Part shown: in pieces, positions 40,561 through 50,177 of the stretch
Layout of the letters: every line of letters begins with the position of its first letter
Position numbering within the stretch: position 1 is the first letter of the stretch
Source: an uncultured Bacilli bacterium
GTDB taxonomy: Bacteria; Bacillota_I; Bacilli_A; RF39; UBA660
Assembly: GCA_947626595.1 (NCBI GenBank)
Contig: CANQST010000003.1
Coordinates: 8,396 to 72,395, forward strand
Direction of reading: 5' to 3'
Length of the DNA: 64,000 bases
The notes under the pieces: generated by a model
Databases searched by the model: none
What the model saw: only the letters and a program-made list of their open reading frames with translations
What the model was told of the DNA's origin: nothing
Program-made: the position numbers and the translations under genes

Positions 40561-42024
40561 ATGAGAGAACTTAGTGAACAAGAAGTAGTAAGAAGAGAAA
40601 AATTAAAAAATATCAAGAATGCCTACCCTGAAAGATATGAAGTTAACTACGAATTATGCGATGCATCTAAACTAGAAGATGGCGTAACTGGAGTAAAAGT
40701 AGCTGGTAGAATTATCTTAATGCGTAAGATGGGTAAAATGAGTTTTTTAACTATTGGTGATATTAAAGGTAAAATTCAAATATCTGTTAAATTAGATATG
40801 GTTGGAGAAGAAAATTATAATGACTTTAAAGCTAATTACGATTTAGGTGACTTTATCGGTGTAGAAGGAGAAGTATTTACTACTCATACTGGTGAAAAAA
40901 CTATTAGAGCATCTAAAATAACTTTCCTTGGTAAAGCCCTTAGACCATTACCAGAAAAATTCCATGGTGTTTTAGATGTTGAAGCTATTTACCGTGAAAG
41001 ATATCTTGACTTAATAACAAGCGATGAAGCTAAAACTAAATTTTTACTTAGAAGTAAATTTATAAGAGAACTTAGAAATTACTTAGACGAAGCTGGTTAT
41101 ATTGAAATAGAAACACCTATTCTAAATAATAAAGCAAGTGGCGCAACTGCGAAACCTTTTGTTACCCATCATAATGCTCTAGATATTGATATGTATCTAA
41201 GAATTGCTCCTGAAACATATCTAAAAAGAGCTATAGTAGGTGGTTTTACTAAAGTATTTGAAATAGCTCGTTGTTTTAGAAATGAAGGAATTGATGCTCA
41301 ACACTTACAAGACTTTACTATGATAGAAGGTTACTGTGCTTATTATAACTACAAAGATAATATGAAATTTCTAAGAGAAATGCTTCAAAGTATAATAGAA
41401 AAATTATTTGGAACTTTAGTTATAAACATTATGGATAAAGAAATAGACTTAAGTGGAGAATGGGAAGTAGTTAGTTTTAGAGACTTAATCCTAAGATATA
41501 GTAATATTGATATAAATGAATATGATACTAAAGAAAAATTACTAGCTAAGATTAAGGATGATAAAATAGATATTGATAGTGAAGTACCACTTGAAGATTT
41601 AGGTTATGGTAACTTAGTTGACCAGTTATATAAGAAAGTAGCTAGAAGTAATATTATAAAGCCTACCTTCTTAACTGAACATCCAATTAGTTTAAGTCCT
41701 TTAGCAAGAGCCAATGACGAAAATAAAGAAATAACTGATCGTTTCCAATTAATTATAAATGGTGCTGAAATTATAAATGCTTATTCTGAATTAGTTGATC
41801 CAGAAGAACAAATGAGACGTCTAGAAGAACAAGCTAACTTAAAAGCTAATGGTGACGAAGAAGCTATGCCAATGGATAATGACTATATCATGGCTATGGA
41901 ATGTGGTATGCCACCAATTAGTGGTTGGGGTATGGGAATTGATAGAATTATTCAATTACTTACTAATTCGCAAAATATAAAAGATGTTGTATTATTCCCA
42001 TTAATGCGACCAAATGATAAATAA
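40561..42024 (+). CDS. lysS: lysyl-tRNA synthetase (class II)
   Basis: FLTIGDIKGKIQ..., FRNEG class II motif 2, GMGIDR motif 3. Confidence 0.95.
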   Translation: MRELSEQEVVRREKLKNIKNAYPERYEVNYELCDASKLEDGVTGVKVAGRIILMRKMGKMSFLTIGDIKGKIQISVKLDMVGEENYNDFKANYDLGDFIGVEGEVFTTHTGEKTIRASKITFLGKALRPLPEKFHGVLDVEAIYRERYLDLITSDEAKTKFLLRSKFIRELRNYLDEAGYIEIETPILNNKASGATAKPFVTHHNALDIDMYLRIAPETYLKRAIVGGFTKVFEIARCFRNEGIDAQHLQDFTMIEGYCAYYNYKDNMKFLREMLQSIIEKLFGTLVINIMDKEIDLSGEWEVVSFRDLILRYSNIDINEYDTKEKLLAKIKDDKIDIDSEVPLEDLGYGNLVDQLYKKVARSNIIKPTFLTEHPISLSPLARANDENKEITDRFQLIINGAEIINAYSELVDPEEQMRRLEEQANLKANGDEEAMPMDNDYIMAMECGMPPISGWGMGIDRIIQLLTNSQNIKDVVLFPLMRPNDK

Positions 42025-42084
42025 AAGTACTTCATGTTAAGTGCTTTTTACTTGAAAAAAATTATAAAAAATTACCTAAATACT

Positions 42085-42113
42085 TGCAAGTTAATTTTTA
42101 AAAAGCTATAATT
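42085..42113 (+). promoter_or_regulatory. sigma-A-type promoter TTGCAA-17-TATAAT
   Basis: Hexamers with exact 17-nt spacing lie about 20 nt upstream of the gene at 42131. Confidence 0.45.
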
Positions 42114-42130
42114 ATAGTGGGAGGTTAATT

Positions 42131-43759
42131 ATGAAGAAACATAATGCAATGAAAGCCGTTCTAATAACTATATTGTTATTCTTGTTACTTACTTGGATTT
42201 TTCCAGCTGCTACATTCCAAAGTGAATATCAAGAAGTAGGACGCATTCAAATGGGACTATCTGATTTGTTCAATTATCCACTAACATCACTATCAGTTTT
42301 TGGATATATTGCTTTATTCATAGTTCTAGTCGGAGGTTTTTATGGAATTTTATACAAAATTCCTGCATATCGTAGCTTCTTAGATAAGTTAGTTGCTAAA
42401 TTTTCTGGTAAAGAAAAGATAGTTTTAGCAGTTATTATGATTATATTTGCTGTTCTAACTTCAATTTGTGGCTTACAACTTGGTCTAGCTATCTTTATAC
42501 CATTTGTAGTAGCACTAATCTTATTAATGGGTTATGATAAGATTGTTGCCGCACTAACAGTAGTTGGTTCTATTGGTGTTGGTCTTGCTGGTACAACTTA
42601 TGCTTATAGTACCATCGCACCTTTAATTTCATACTTAGGTTTAGACCTAGATTATGAAATTGGTATAAGATTTATAATCTTAGCCGTAGGTCTAATTCTT
42701 CTAATGGTTAATGTATTTATGTACATTAAGAAAGATGGAAGTAAGAAAGGTAATAAGTTGGAAAAGAAAGTTAAGAAAGTAGAAGAAGTAGTAAAAGAGG
42801 AAGTTATTGAAACTCCTAAAACAGAAAAGAAATCAGGAGCTTCTAAAGCAGCTAAAACTTCACCTAAAAAGAAAACTACTAAGAAGAAAACTTCTAAAAA
42901 CAATAATAAGGCAGCATTAAAAGACAATGATATTATCGTTGTTAAAGAGTCTGTTGTTGAAGACGAAGAGGAAGAATTCGTTCCTACTATGGTAGATAGT
43001 AAACATAAGATTTGGCCATTTGTTGTTGGATTTAGTTTATTATTTATCCTACTAGTAATAGCATTTATTCCATGGGGAGAAAATGGATTTGGTCTTAAGT
43101 TCTTTACTAAATTAGCTGAAGATACTCAAGAATTTGAATTATTTGGTTTCCCAATATTTGCTAAGTTATTCGGAACATTCGATGGTTACAGTACATGGAC
43201 TATTAGAGCCTTTGGTGAATGGAGCATTACTGATATGTTCTTACCATTAGCATTATTAATATTAATTTATGCTTTAATTTATAAAGTTAAAATTAATGAT
43301 ATACTTGATGGATTTGCTAATGGTGTTAAAAAAGCTTTAGCACCTGCTGGTATCGTAATACTTGTATATACTGTATTAGTATTATGCTACTACCATCAAT
43401 TCCAATTAGTTCTTTATAAGACTATATTAGGTTTCTCAAAAGGATTTAACATAGCTACAACTTCATTAGTTGCTATACTTACAAGCTTATTCAATGTTGA
43501 TCCTAACTATGTATTCCCAAGTGCAATACCTTATTATATGTCAGTAGTAACTAATAGCGATCACTATAGTACAGTTGCTGTTATGTTCCAGTCATTACAT
43601 GGTTTAACTTCTTTAGTAGCGCCTACAAGCTTAACTCTTATGGCTGTACTTGCTTACTTAAAGATTAGTTATAAAGACTGGTTAAAGAATGCTTGGAAAT
43701 TTATCCTTAGTTTCTTAGCAGTATTATTAATATTATTCATAATATTAGCTGTTATATAA
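42131..43759 (+). CDS. polytopic membrane protein with a Lys-rich central loop; function unknown (transporter-like)
   Basis: 542 aa with more than 10 predicted TM helices. Central KKTTKKKTSK low-complexity linker. Confidence 0.65.
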   Translation: MKKHNAMKAVLITILLFLLLTWIFPAATFQSEYQEVGRIQMGLSDLFNYPLTSLSVFGYIALFIVLVGGFYGILYKIPAYRSFLDKLVAKFSGKEKIVLAVIMIIFAVLTSICGLQLGLAIFIPFVVALILLMGYDKIVAALTVVGSIGVGLAGTTYAYSTIAPLISYLGLDLDYEIGIRFIILAVGLILLMVNVFMYIKKDGSKKGNKLEKKVKKVEEVVKEEVIETPKTEKKSGASKAAKTSPKKKTTKKKTSKNNNKAALKDNDIIVVKESVVEDEEEEFVPTMVDSKHKIWPFVVGFSLLFILLVIAFIPWGENGFGLKFFTKLAEDTQEFELFGFPIFAKLFGTFDGYSTWTIRAFGEWSITDMFLPLALLILIYALIYKVKINDILDGFANGVKKALAPAGIVILVYTVLVLCYYHQFQLVLYKTILGFSKGFNIATTSLVAILTSLFNVDPNYVFPSAIPYYMSVVTNSDHYSTVAVMFQSLHGLTSLVAPTSLTLMAVLAYLKISYKDWLKNAWKFILSFLAVLLILFIILAVI

Positions 43760-43854
43760 GAAATATAAAGAGCCTCATAGAGGTTTCTTTTTTTCGAAAA
43801 AAATATATACTTTTTCCCCATTTTTTGATAAAATTTTAGATAGGGTGAGACAAA

Positions 43855-44421
43855 ATGAATTATAAGAAACTATCATACATATTATTAGCAATTAGTTTTG
43901 TTATGATTATTGGCGGAGGAGTATCTTCATTTCTAATCGGATTAAGAGCTGATCAAGAACTTACTAATAAAAGAATGCTTGTTGTTAATGACCAATTTGA
44001 AGAATTCAGTACCAATACTTCTTTGTTTGAAAATGCTAGAGATACTTTATATGTAGAAGTTTTAAGTAATTTATTTTTTGATACTATGCAACAAAATGAT
44101 CAAACAGTAAAGACCCGTCTTTCTAATTTTGAAAATATGGTTGATGAAATAACTAAACAAGCTAAAGAATTAGATAAATTATGTGACAATGTGTATTATC
44201 CAGACAGTTCAGTAAATAATAAATGTAACAACTACAAAGTAATTTATGAACAAGTAGTTAATTACTTTTTAAGTGATATAGCTGTTTATAATGAAAATAT
44301 TAAAAAATTTAATGATTATCAAAAATCATTAAATTCAAATATTACTCTAAAAGAGTATTCTACAAATAAAAAATATATTGATTATAACAATGATAAAGAA
44401 TTTGCTGGTAAAGAGGAGTAA
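43855..44421 (+). CDS. hypothetical membrane-anchored protein
   Basis: 188-aa ORF with an N-terminal TM. Confidence 0.45.
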   Translation: MNYKKLSYILLAISFVMIIGGGVSSFLIGLRADQELTNKRMLVVNDQFEEFSTNTSLFENARDTLYVEVLSNLFFDTMQQNDQTVKTRLSNFENMVDEITKQAKELDKLCDNVYYPDSSVNNKCNNYKVIYEQVVNYFLSDIAVYNENIKKFNDYQKSLNSNITLKEYSTNKKYIDYNNDKEFAGKEE

Positions 44422-44422
44422 A

Positions 44423-45457
44423 ATGAAGAAAAGAAGTAGAAAAAAATGGTCTTTAAAAAGAAAGATTATTACTATTTGTTCACTAATAGTAATATTTTTT
44501 GCTTCTACTTTTTTATTTCTTTTTTATGGACCATGGGATGGTTTTAGAAACTTTTGGATTACTAGTGCCATGACAACTTTATCACACCAATATCTAGCTA
44601 CTTGGTTTTATGACGATGCAACTATTCAAAAAGTACTTGCCAACAATAGTATTTTAGAAGTAAATGAAGTTAGTGACCCTAATATGATTAAATTCCGTAA
44701 ATATACAACTACTATATATCGTAATGAATATGAAAAAGAAATACTAACTCATGAAGATAATGCTTTATATAAAGTTATTGATATTAAAGGAAGTACTTAT
44801 CAAGGTTTTCTAGTTGCCGTATATGACCCATCTAAAATTAAAATTGCCACTACAGCATATCTTAATAAAAGAGGAGAAAGTATTTTAACTGTTGCTAAAA
44901 GAGAAGAAGCTGTTATTGCCATGAATGCCGGAGGTTTTTATGACCCAGATTGGAACTCTAATGGAGCTATTCCTCATGGAACAGTTATTAAAGATGGTAA
45001 AGTAATAAGTGACTTTAAAGATGCTGGTATGGGTGGAGGTTTTATAGGCTTTACTAATGATAATAAATTAGTCCTAGGACATATGAGTAAAAATGAAGCT
45101 TTAAATATTGGTTATAGAGACGCTATAGAATTTGGACCATACTTAATAGTAAACGGTAAAAGATCATTTATTAAAGGAAATGGTGGTTGGGGTATCGCTC
45201 CACGTTCGGCTATTGGTCAAAGACAAGATGGTATAGTTCTTCTTTTAGTTATTAATGGTCGTCTTGCGACTAGTTTAGGTGCCAATATGATAGACCTAAC
45301 CGATATCATGGAAAGATATGGTGCCTATAATGCCGCTAACTTAGATGGTGGTTCTTCATCAGAACTAGTTATTAATGGAGAAATTGTTAATACCCCTGTT
45401 GCTGGAGGTAAAGATGGCTTACGTGATATGTCCACATTTTGGATAGTAAAGAAGTGA
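44423..45457 (+). CDS. phosphodiester glycosidase (NAGPA/DUF2233) family protein
   Basis: AMNAGGFYDP...NLDGGSSSELVINGE signature. AGAGGAG SD before the ATG at 44423. Confidence 0.7.
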   Translation: MKKRSRKKWSLKRKIITICSLIVIFFASTFLFLFYGPWDGFRNFWITSAMTTLSHQYLATWFYDDATIQKVLANNSILEVNEVSDPNMIKFRKYTTTIYRNEYEKEILTHEDNALYKVIDIKGSTYQGFLVAVYDPSKIKIATTAYLNKRGESILTVAKREEAVIAMNAGGFYDPDWNSNGAIPHGTVIKDGKVISDFKDAGMGGGFIGFTNDNKLVLGHMSKNEALNIGYRDAIEFGPYLIVNGKRSFIKGNGGWGIAPRSAIGQRQDGIVLLLVINGRLATSLGANMIDLTDIMERYGAYNAANLDGGSSSELVINGEIVNTPVAGGKDGLRDMSTFWIVKK

Positions 45458-45461
45458 TAAA

Positions 45462-45992
45462 ATGGAACTATACTGTCGTAAAGTCAGTCTCTTTGACCAA
45501 AAGATAGTTGACGATTTTGCTTTAGAATTTAAAAATAATAATGAAAATTCTATACCAGGAGACTGTTCATTAATCTTAAATAAAAGTTATCTTAAAATAA
45601 ATAATTTCTATAAATGGTATAAAAAAATCTGTCATCTAGAAAAGAAAAAAGCTAAAGTACCATGTAGTTGCTACCTAGTTTTTAGAAAAGAAGACGACTA
45701 TTTAATTGGTATTTTTGATTTAAGACATTCTCTAAATTTTAAACATGGTAATATCTACGGTCATGTAGGAGTATCAATTAGACCAAGTCAAAGAGAAAAA
45801 GGCTATTATAAACATATTCTTCATTTAATTATAGAAAAAGCTAAAGAAATTTCAATAAACCCTCTTGTTATTTCTACTGAATATGATAATATAGTATCTT
45901 ATAAAGGAATTGAAAACATCTTTGGTAAGTATAAAGATATGGTTTTAGTAGATAATACTTACTATTATGTCTTTCAAAAAAACCTAAAGTAA
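45462..45992 (+). CDS. putative GNAT-like acetyltransferase
   Basis: GHVGVSIRPSQREKGYY is similar to the GYGIRPNERKKGYG motif of the GNAT at 9817. Confidence 0.5.
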   Translation: MELYCRKVSLFDQKIVDDFALEFKNNNENSIPGDCSLILNKSYLKINNFYKWYKKICHLEKKKAKVPCSCYLVFRKEDDYLIGIFDLRHSLNFKHGNIYGHVGVSIRPSQREKGYYKHILHLIIEKAKEISINPLVISTEYDNIVSYKGIENIFGKYKDMVLVDNTYYYVFQKNLK

Positions 45993-46005
45993 GGAGGTTA
46001 TCTAT

Positions 46006-46929
46006 TTGATATTAGATTTAGTTAGTGCATGTGGAAATAAAGGATTAGCTAATTTAATAGGTATCGCTAAAACTGCTTTAACTATAATTCAAGTAGCGGG
46101 ACCTATTCTTGCTATGATTGGTCTTGTTTCTATTCTTATTAAATTAATGAGTAATCCTGAAAATAAAAAATTAAAAAATTCAGTAAAAAATTGGCTTATT
46201 GCTTTCCTAATGCTATTCTTTATCCCAACAATTGTAAATGTCGTAATGGGCTTACTAGACGATACCTATACTATAACTGCTTGTTGGAATTACGCTGAAA
46301 ATTCAAAAGTAACAGGAGAAGCCACTTATATTCCCCCAACTGACGAGCATAAGCAAAGTATTCTTGGTGATCCTGGAAATTATGACGAAGGAGACGAAAG
46401 AGAACAAGGCTCTGAAGGAGCATCAAGCCCTACCACTCAAAATACTTCAATTAGTAAATATATTTTCATAGGTGACTCACGAACTGTTGGTATGCATGCA
46501 GCCGTTAATACTAATGATGTATGGAGCGCTAAAAGTGGCCAAGGACTAACCTGGATGAAACAAACAGGAGTACCTCAAGTAGAAAGTTCTATTTCAAGTG
46601 GAGCTGCTGTAATAATACTAATGGGCGTTAATGATTTATACAAATTAGATAGTTATATATCATATATAAATGGTAAAGCCCCTGACTGGACAAATAAAGG
46701 AGCTCATGTCTACTTTGTTTCTGTTCTACCAACTGATGGTAAATACAATAAAATGAATAGTGAAATTAACTCATTTAATAAAAAAATGAAATCAAATCTA
46801 AGTAGTTCAGTTACTTATATTGATACAAGTAGTTATCTAAAATCAAATGGTTTTAAAACTACCGATGGTCTTCACTATGATAATGCTACTTATAAAAAAA
46901 TATATAATCATATAAAAAATAGTATATAA
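46006..46929 (+). CDS. SGNH/GDSL hydrolase with an N-terminal membrane anchor
   Basis: FIGDSRT (GDS block I), GVNDL block. AAGGAGG SD before the TTG start. Confidence 0.7.
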   Translation: MILDLVSACGNKGLANLIGIAKTALTIIQVAGPILAMIGLVSILIKLMSNPENKKLKNSVKNWLIAFLMLFFIPTIVNVVMGLLDDTYTITACWNYAENSKVTGEATYIPPTDEHKQSILGDPGNYDEGDEREQGSEGASSPTTQNTSISKYIFIGDSRTVGMHAAVNTNDVWSAKSGQGLTWMKQTGVPQVESSISSGAAVIILMGVNDLYKLDSYISYINGKAPDWTNKGAHVYFVSVLPTDGKYNKMNSEINSFNKKMKSNLSSSVTYIDTSSYLKSNGFKTTDGLHYDNATYKKIYNHIKNSI

Positions 46930-46959
46930 AAACATGAAAAACTAACGGATTTCATGTTT

Positions 46960-47184
46960 TTACTTTATTATTGATTTGGGATAAGCTGTTCTCTCATCAG
47001 TCCTATATAGTAAATAATCTATACTTGTATTGTAGTAATCAGCTAATTTCTTTAAAAGTTCTGTTGGAATATCTCTATCTTCTTTTTCATATTTAGAATA
47101 ACAAGTCTGTGTTACATTAATTATCTTAGCTAAATCTTTTTGTAATAAATCATTATCTTCTCTTATTTCTCTTAATCTATTCAT
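46960..47184 (-). CDS. XRE-family HTH transcriptional regulator
   Basis: LLQKDLAKIINVTQTCYSKYE HTH_3 pattern. Divergent from the gene at 47302. Confidence 0.8.
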   Translation of the reverse strand: MNRLREIREDNDLLQKDLAKIINVTQTCYSKYEKEDRDIPTELLKKLADYYNTSIDYLLYRTDERTAYPKSIIK

Positions 47185-47301
47185 GATTTCCTCCCCATAT
47201 AATTTTATAATATTCCATTTTGTACTATTGACACATAAGCCATTTTGTCTTATAATTTTATTATATAATCCATATTGGATTATAAGGAACGAGGTAAGAT
47301 A

Positions 47302-47904
47302 ATGAAGAGGATTAAAAAATATATAGTAATAAGTATAATAATAGGAGTATTTTTATTTCTAACTTTTTCTTTCTGTCTGGCAGAAACTTTAATACAAAGT
47401 AAAAATGTATCTTATACCGATACTAAAAATTTAGCAGCCGACAATGTCCAAGATGCCATAGATGGAACTTGTGATAAAATGAATAGTAAGTTAACCCAAG
47501 TAGATAATAAACTGCTGGAAGTAGATAAGAAAATTCTTGATATAGAAGATAAAATGTATACAGCTAAAAAAATAAGTGAAACTAATAGTGTAACTACCGC
47601 TACTGAATGGTTTTATACAGGGATATCTATTACATTCCCAGCTAATTCTTACTGTGCCATAAGTATGGGTAACGGTTGGGCAAATAATAAGCCAGTTGGT
47701 TTAAGACTTACCGCCACTAAAGAAAGTTCAAGTACTGGTGTTCCCGCTCATGGTTTTGTTTATGGTGATGGAAATATTTATCTTACACATAGTGATTATT
47801 TTGAAACAGAAACTACATATTATGTATGGGTTAAGTATGAAACAACCGGTTTGCATGATGTGATTAGCTATTCAGGTTTCTGCGCTACTAAATATAAACA
47901 ATAA
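47302..47904 (+). CDS. secreted protein whose N-terminal leader is shared with the FGE-like family (C/D/E) but whose C-terminal domain differs
   Basis: ETLIQSKNVSYTDTKNLAADNVQDAIDGTCDKMNS compared with VIESKSVLYNRTISGGSSDNVQGSIDELYKMSG of C/D/E. Start placed at MKRIKKY; the ORF track begins at 47275. Confidence 0.6.
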   Translation: MKRIKKYIVISIIIGVFLFLTFSFCLAETLIQSKNVSYTDTKNLAADNVQDAIDGTCDKMNSKLTQVDNKLLEVDKKILDIEDKMYTAKKISETNSVTTATEWFYTGISITFPANSYCAISMGNGWANNKPVGLRLTATKESSSTGVPAHGFVYGDGNIYLTHSDYFETETTYYVWVKYETTGLHDVISYSGFCATKYKQ

Positions 47905-47988
47905 ACTTTTTTCCACAAAAACTGTGGATTTTTTCTTTTTTATAAATGAAACTACTAAATTTTATCAAATAATATATTAGGAGGTGAT

Positions 47989-48336
47989 ATTATCAATAAT
48001 CGACTTTTACTCTTTTGGAAAGTTGGAAGAAATGTTACTTTAAAACAAAAAAATAGCGAAAACGCTATCTCTAAGTATTCCGACTTATGCTCATATCACT
48101 ATGGAATGAGCCAAACTTTTTCGAGAGAAAATATTCGCTGCATGAAAAGGTTTTATGAATGTTTCCCTATCTATGTACCAGAACTTAATAAACTAAAATG
48201 GGAACATTACCTAGAATTATTAAAAATAAATAGTTTAAAAGAAAGATATTTCTATTTAAAAACAGCTATTTTCTGTAAAAGCAGTGTTATACAACTAAAA
48301 GACATTATAAATAAAAATATCTATAATGTCATTTAA
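47989..48336 (+). pseudogene. remnant of a DUF1016 (YhcG-like) gene: N-terminal domain only, no proper start, no nuclease domain
   Basis: The frame reads ...LLLFWKVGRNV...ISKYSDLCSYHYGMSQTFSRENIRCMKRFYECFP...LKWEHYLELLKI...ERYFYLK, matching the DUF1016 N-terminal consensus (lYWeIGr...fS.rNL..Mr.FY..fp...W.hy..LL). Confidence 0.5.
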
Positions 48337-48348
48337 ATAAAAAGCAGC

Positions 48349-50049
48349 TTATTGATTTAAAGCCACTTCTTTTTCCTTTTTTATATCTAAAATGATAGGT
48401 AAAATGATAGGCTTTCTTCCTGTTAAATTACTAATAAAAGGATATAGTCCTTCCGTAACATCAGTCTTTAAACTAGCAAAAGTACTCTTTGGATCTAGTA
48501 AAGCATTTCTTATAATAAATTCTGCTTTATTTTCTATTTTATGTATTAAGTCCTCATTTTCATTAACAAGAATAAATCCCCTTGTAGTAATATTTGGCCT
48601 TATAAGCAGTTCTCTTTTTTTCATATTAACATTTATTATTACTACTAAAATACCATCATTAGCCATTATCTTTCTATCTTTAATAACAGCACTACCTATT
48701 TCACCAATTCTATTGCCATCTACATAAACATCATTACCTGAATAACTTGGCCCTCTAGTTATAACATGATTTTTCATAATTAGAGTATCACCATTTTTTA
48801 AGATAAAAGTATTTTCCTTAGGAATACCACAGTTAATACCAATGTCAGCTTGTTTTTTTAGCATTCTGTAGTCTCCATGGAAAGGCATTAAATACTTAGG
48901 TTTAATTAACCTTATCATTAATTTTACTTCCTCTTCATTAGCGTGTCCTGATGTATGTAAATCAGCTAAGTAACTATTAGTATATACTTTTACACCTTTT
49001 AGATATAACTTATTAATTGTTTTAGAAATACTTAAAGCATTACCAGGAATAGCACTAGAAGAAAATATGACAACATCATCCGGTCTTAGCTTAATCTGTT
49101 TATGAGTACCATCAGAAATTCTTGATAAAGCCGCTAAAGGCTCACCTTGACTACCTGTACAAAGAATAGTAACCTCATTAGGCTTTAAATTATTAGCTTC
49201 TTCTGGTGTAATTAATAATTCCTTATGGTCAATATAACCACCATTTAAAGAAATATTAATATTATTTTCCATACTTCTTCCAAAAATACAAATTTTCCTA
49301 TTATGCTTGTAGCACGTTTCAAAGATATGTTTAACCCTATAAATATTTGAAGCAAAAGTTGCGATAATTATTCTCGAATTTTTGCACTTATCAAACATTT
49401 CACTCAATGTCTCGTCAACAACAGACTCACTATTAGAAAATCCTTCATTTAAAGCATTAGTGGAGTCACCAATCAAAAGGTCAACACCTTGCTCTCCTAG
49501 TGAGGCCATCTTGTATAAGTCAGCCATTGGTCCAATCGGTGTTAAATCAAACTTATAATCTCCCGTTGTAACAATCGTACCATCAGGTGTCTTAATACTT
49601 ATACCATGTGAATCTGGTATAGAGTGGGTTGTTCTAAAAAATTCAACCTCAATATCTTTGAACTTTAGTTTAGTTTTATCGGTATAAACAAATAAATTAT
49701 TATAGCGAATATTTTTATCCTGTAATTTAACCGCAATTAACTCTTTCGCATGATTTGGAGCATATATCGCAGGTATATTAATACTTTGTAGTAAAAAAGG
49801 AATACTACCAATATGATCCTCATGTCCATGAGTAATTAAAAGAGCTTTAATCTTATCTTCATTTTCTTTAAGAAACGTAAAATCAGGTAAAACGTAGTCT
49901 ACACCTAAAAGTTCACTTTCAGGGAAACTAACACCGGCATCAATAATAACAATTGCGTCTTTATGCATTACACAATACATATTTTTTCCGACTTCTCCTA
50001 AACCTCCTAAAACAACAATTTGTGTTTCGTTGGTTTCATTAGTATTCAT
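48349..50049 (-). CDS. rnj: ribonuclease J (metallo-beta-lactamase / beta-CASP)
   Basis: LGGLGEVGKNMY...HGHEDHIG motif. 566 aa. Confidence 0.95.
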   Translation of the reverse strand: MNTNETNETQIVVLGGLGEVGKNMYCVMHKDAIVIIDAGVSFPESELLGVDYVLPDFTFLKENEDKIKALLITHGHEDHIGSIPFLLQSINIPAIYAPNHAKELIAVKLQDKNIRYNNLFVYTDKTKLKFKDIEVEFFRTTHSIPDSHGISIKTPDGTIVTTGDYKFDLTPIGPMADLYKMASLGEQGVDLLIGDSTNALNEGFSNSESVVDETLSEMFDKCKNSRIIIATFASNIYRVKHIFETCYKHNRKICIFGRSMENNINISLNGGYIDHKELLITPEEANNLKPNEVTILCTGSQGEPLAALSRISDGTHKQIKLRPDDVVIFSSSAIPGNALSISKTINKLYLKGVKVYTNSYLADLHTSGHANEEEVKLMIRLIKPKYLMPFHGDYRMLKKQADIGINCGIPKENTFILKNGDTLIMKNHVITRGPSYSGNDVYVDGNRIGEIGSAVIKDRKIMANDGILVVIINVNMKKRELLIRPNITTRGFILVNENEDLIHKIENKAEFIIRNALLDPKSTFASLKTDVTEGLYPFISNLTGRKPIILPIILDIKKEKEVALNQ

Positions 50050-50177
50050 ATAAACTCCTTTCTTTTTACTTGTAAAGAACTGACTTAAAAATTATACTAC
50101 ATTTTTTTAATTTTGTCTAGATTGACTAATAATCATTGTTATGGTATGATAACTTCATTCTTATGGGGTGTTTAGAT

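Noticed and set aside
48392-48727. Plus-strand 111-aa ORF inside rnj
   Set aside because: It is antisense to the well-supported RNase J gene. Other antisense or embedded ORFs (1122-1313, 5280-5462, 10125-10340, 10921-11142, 11773-12000, 17467-17670, 23863-24090, 24684-24872, 25064-25324, 29923-30129, 31894-32109, 36414-36602, 38215-38496, 42652-42927, 54090-54296, 56911-57306, 57960-58148, 59558-59743, 62746-62931, 63014-63199) were rejected for the same reason.
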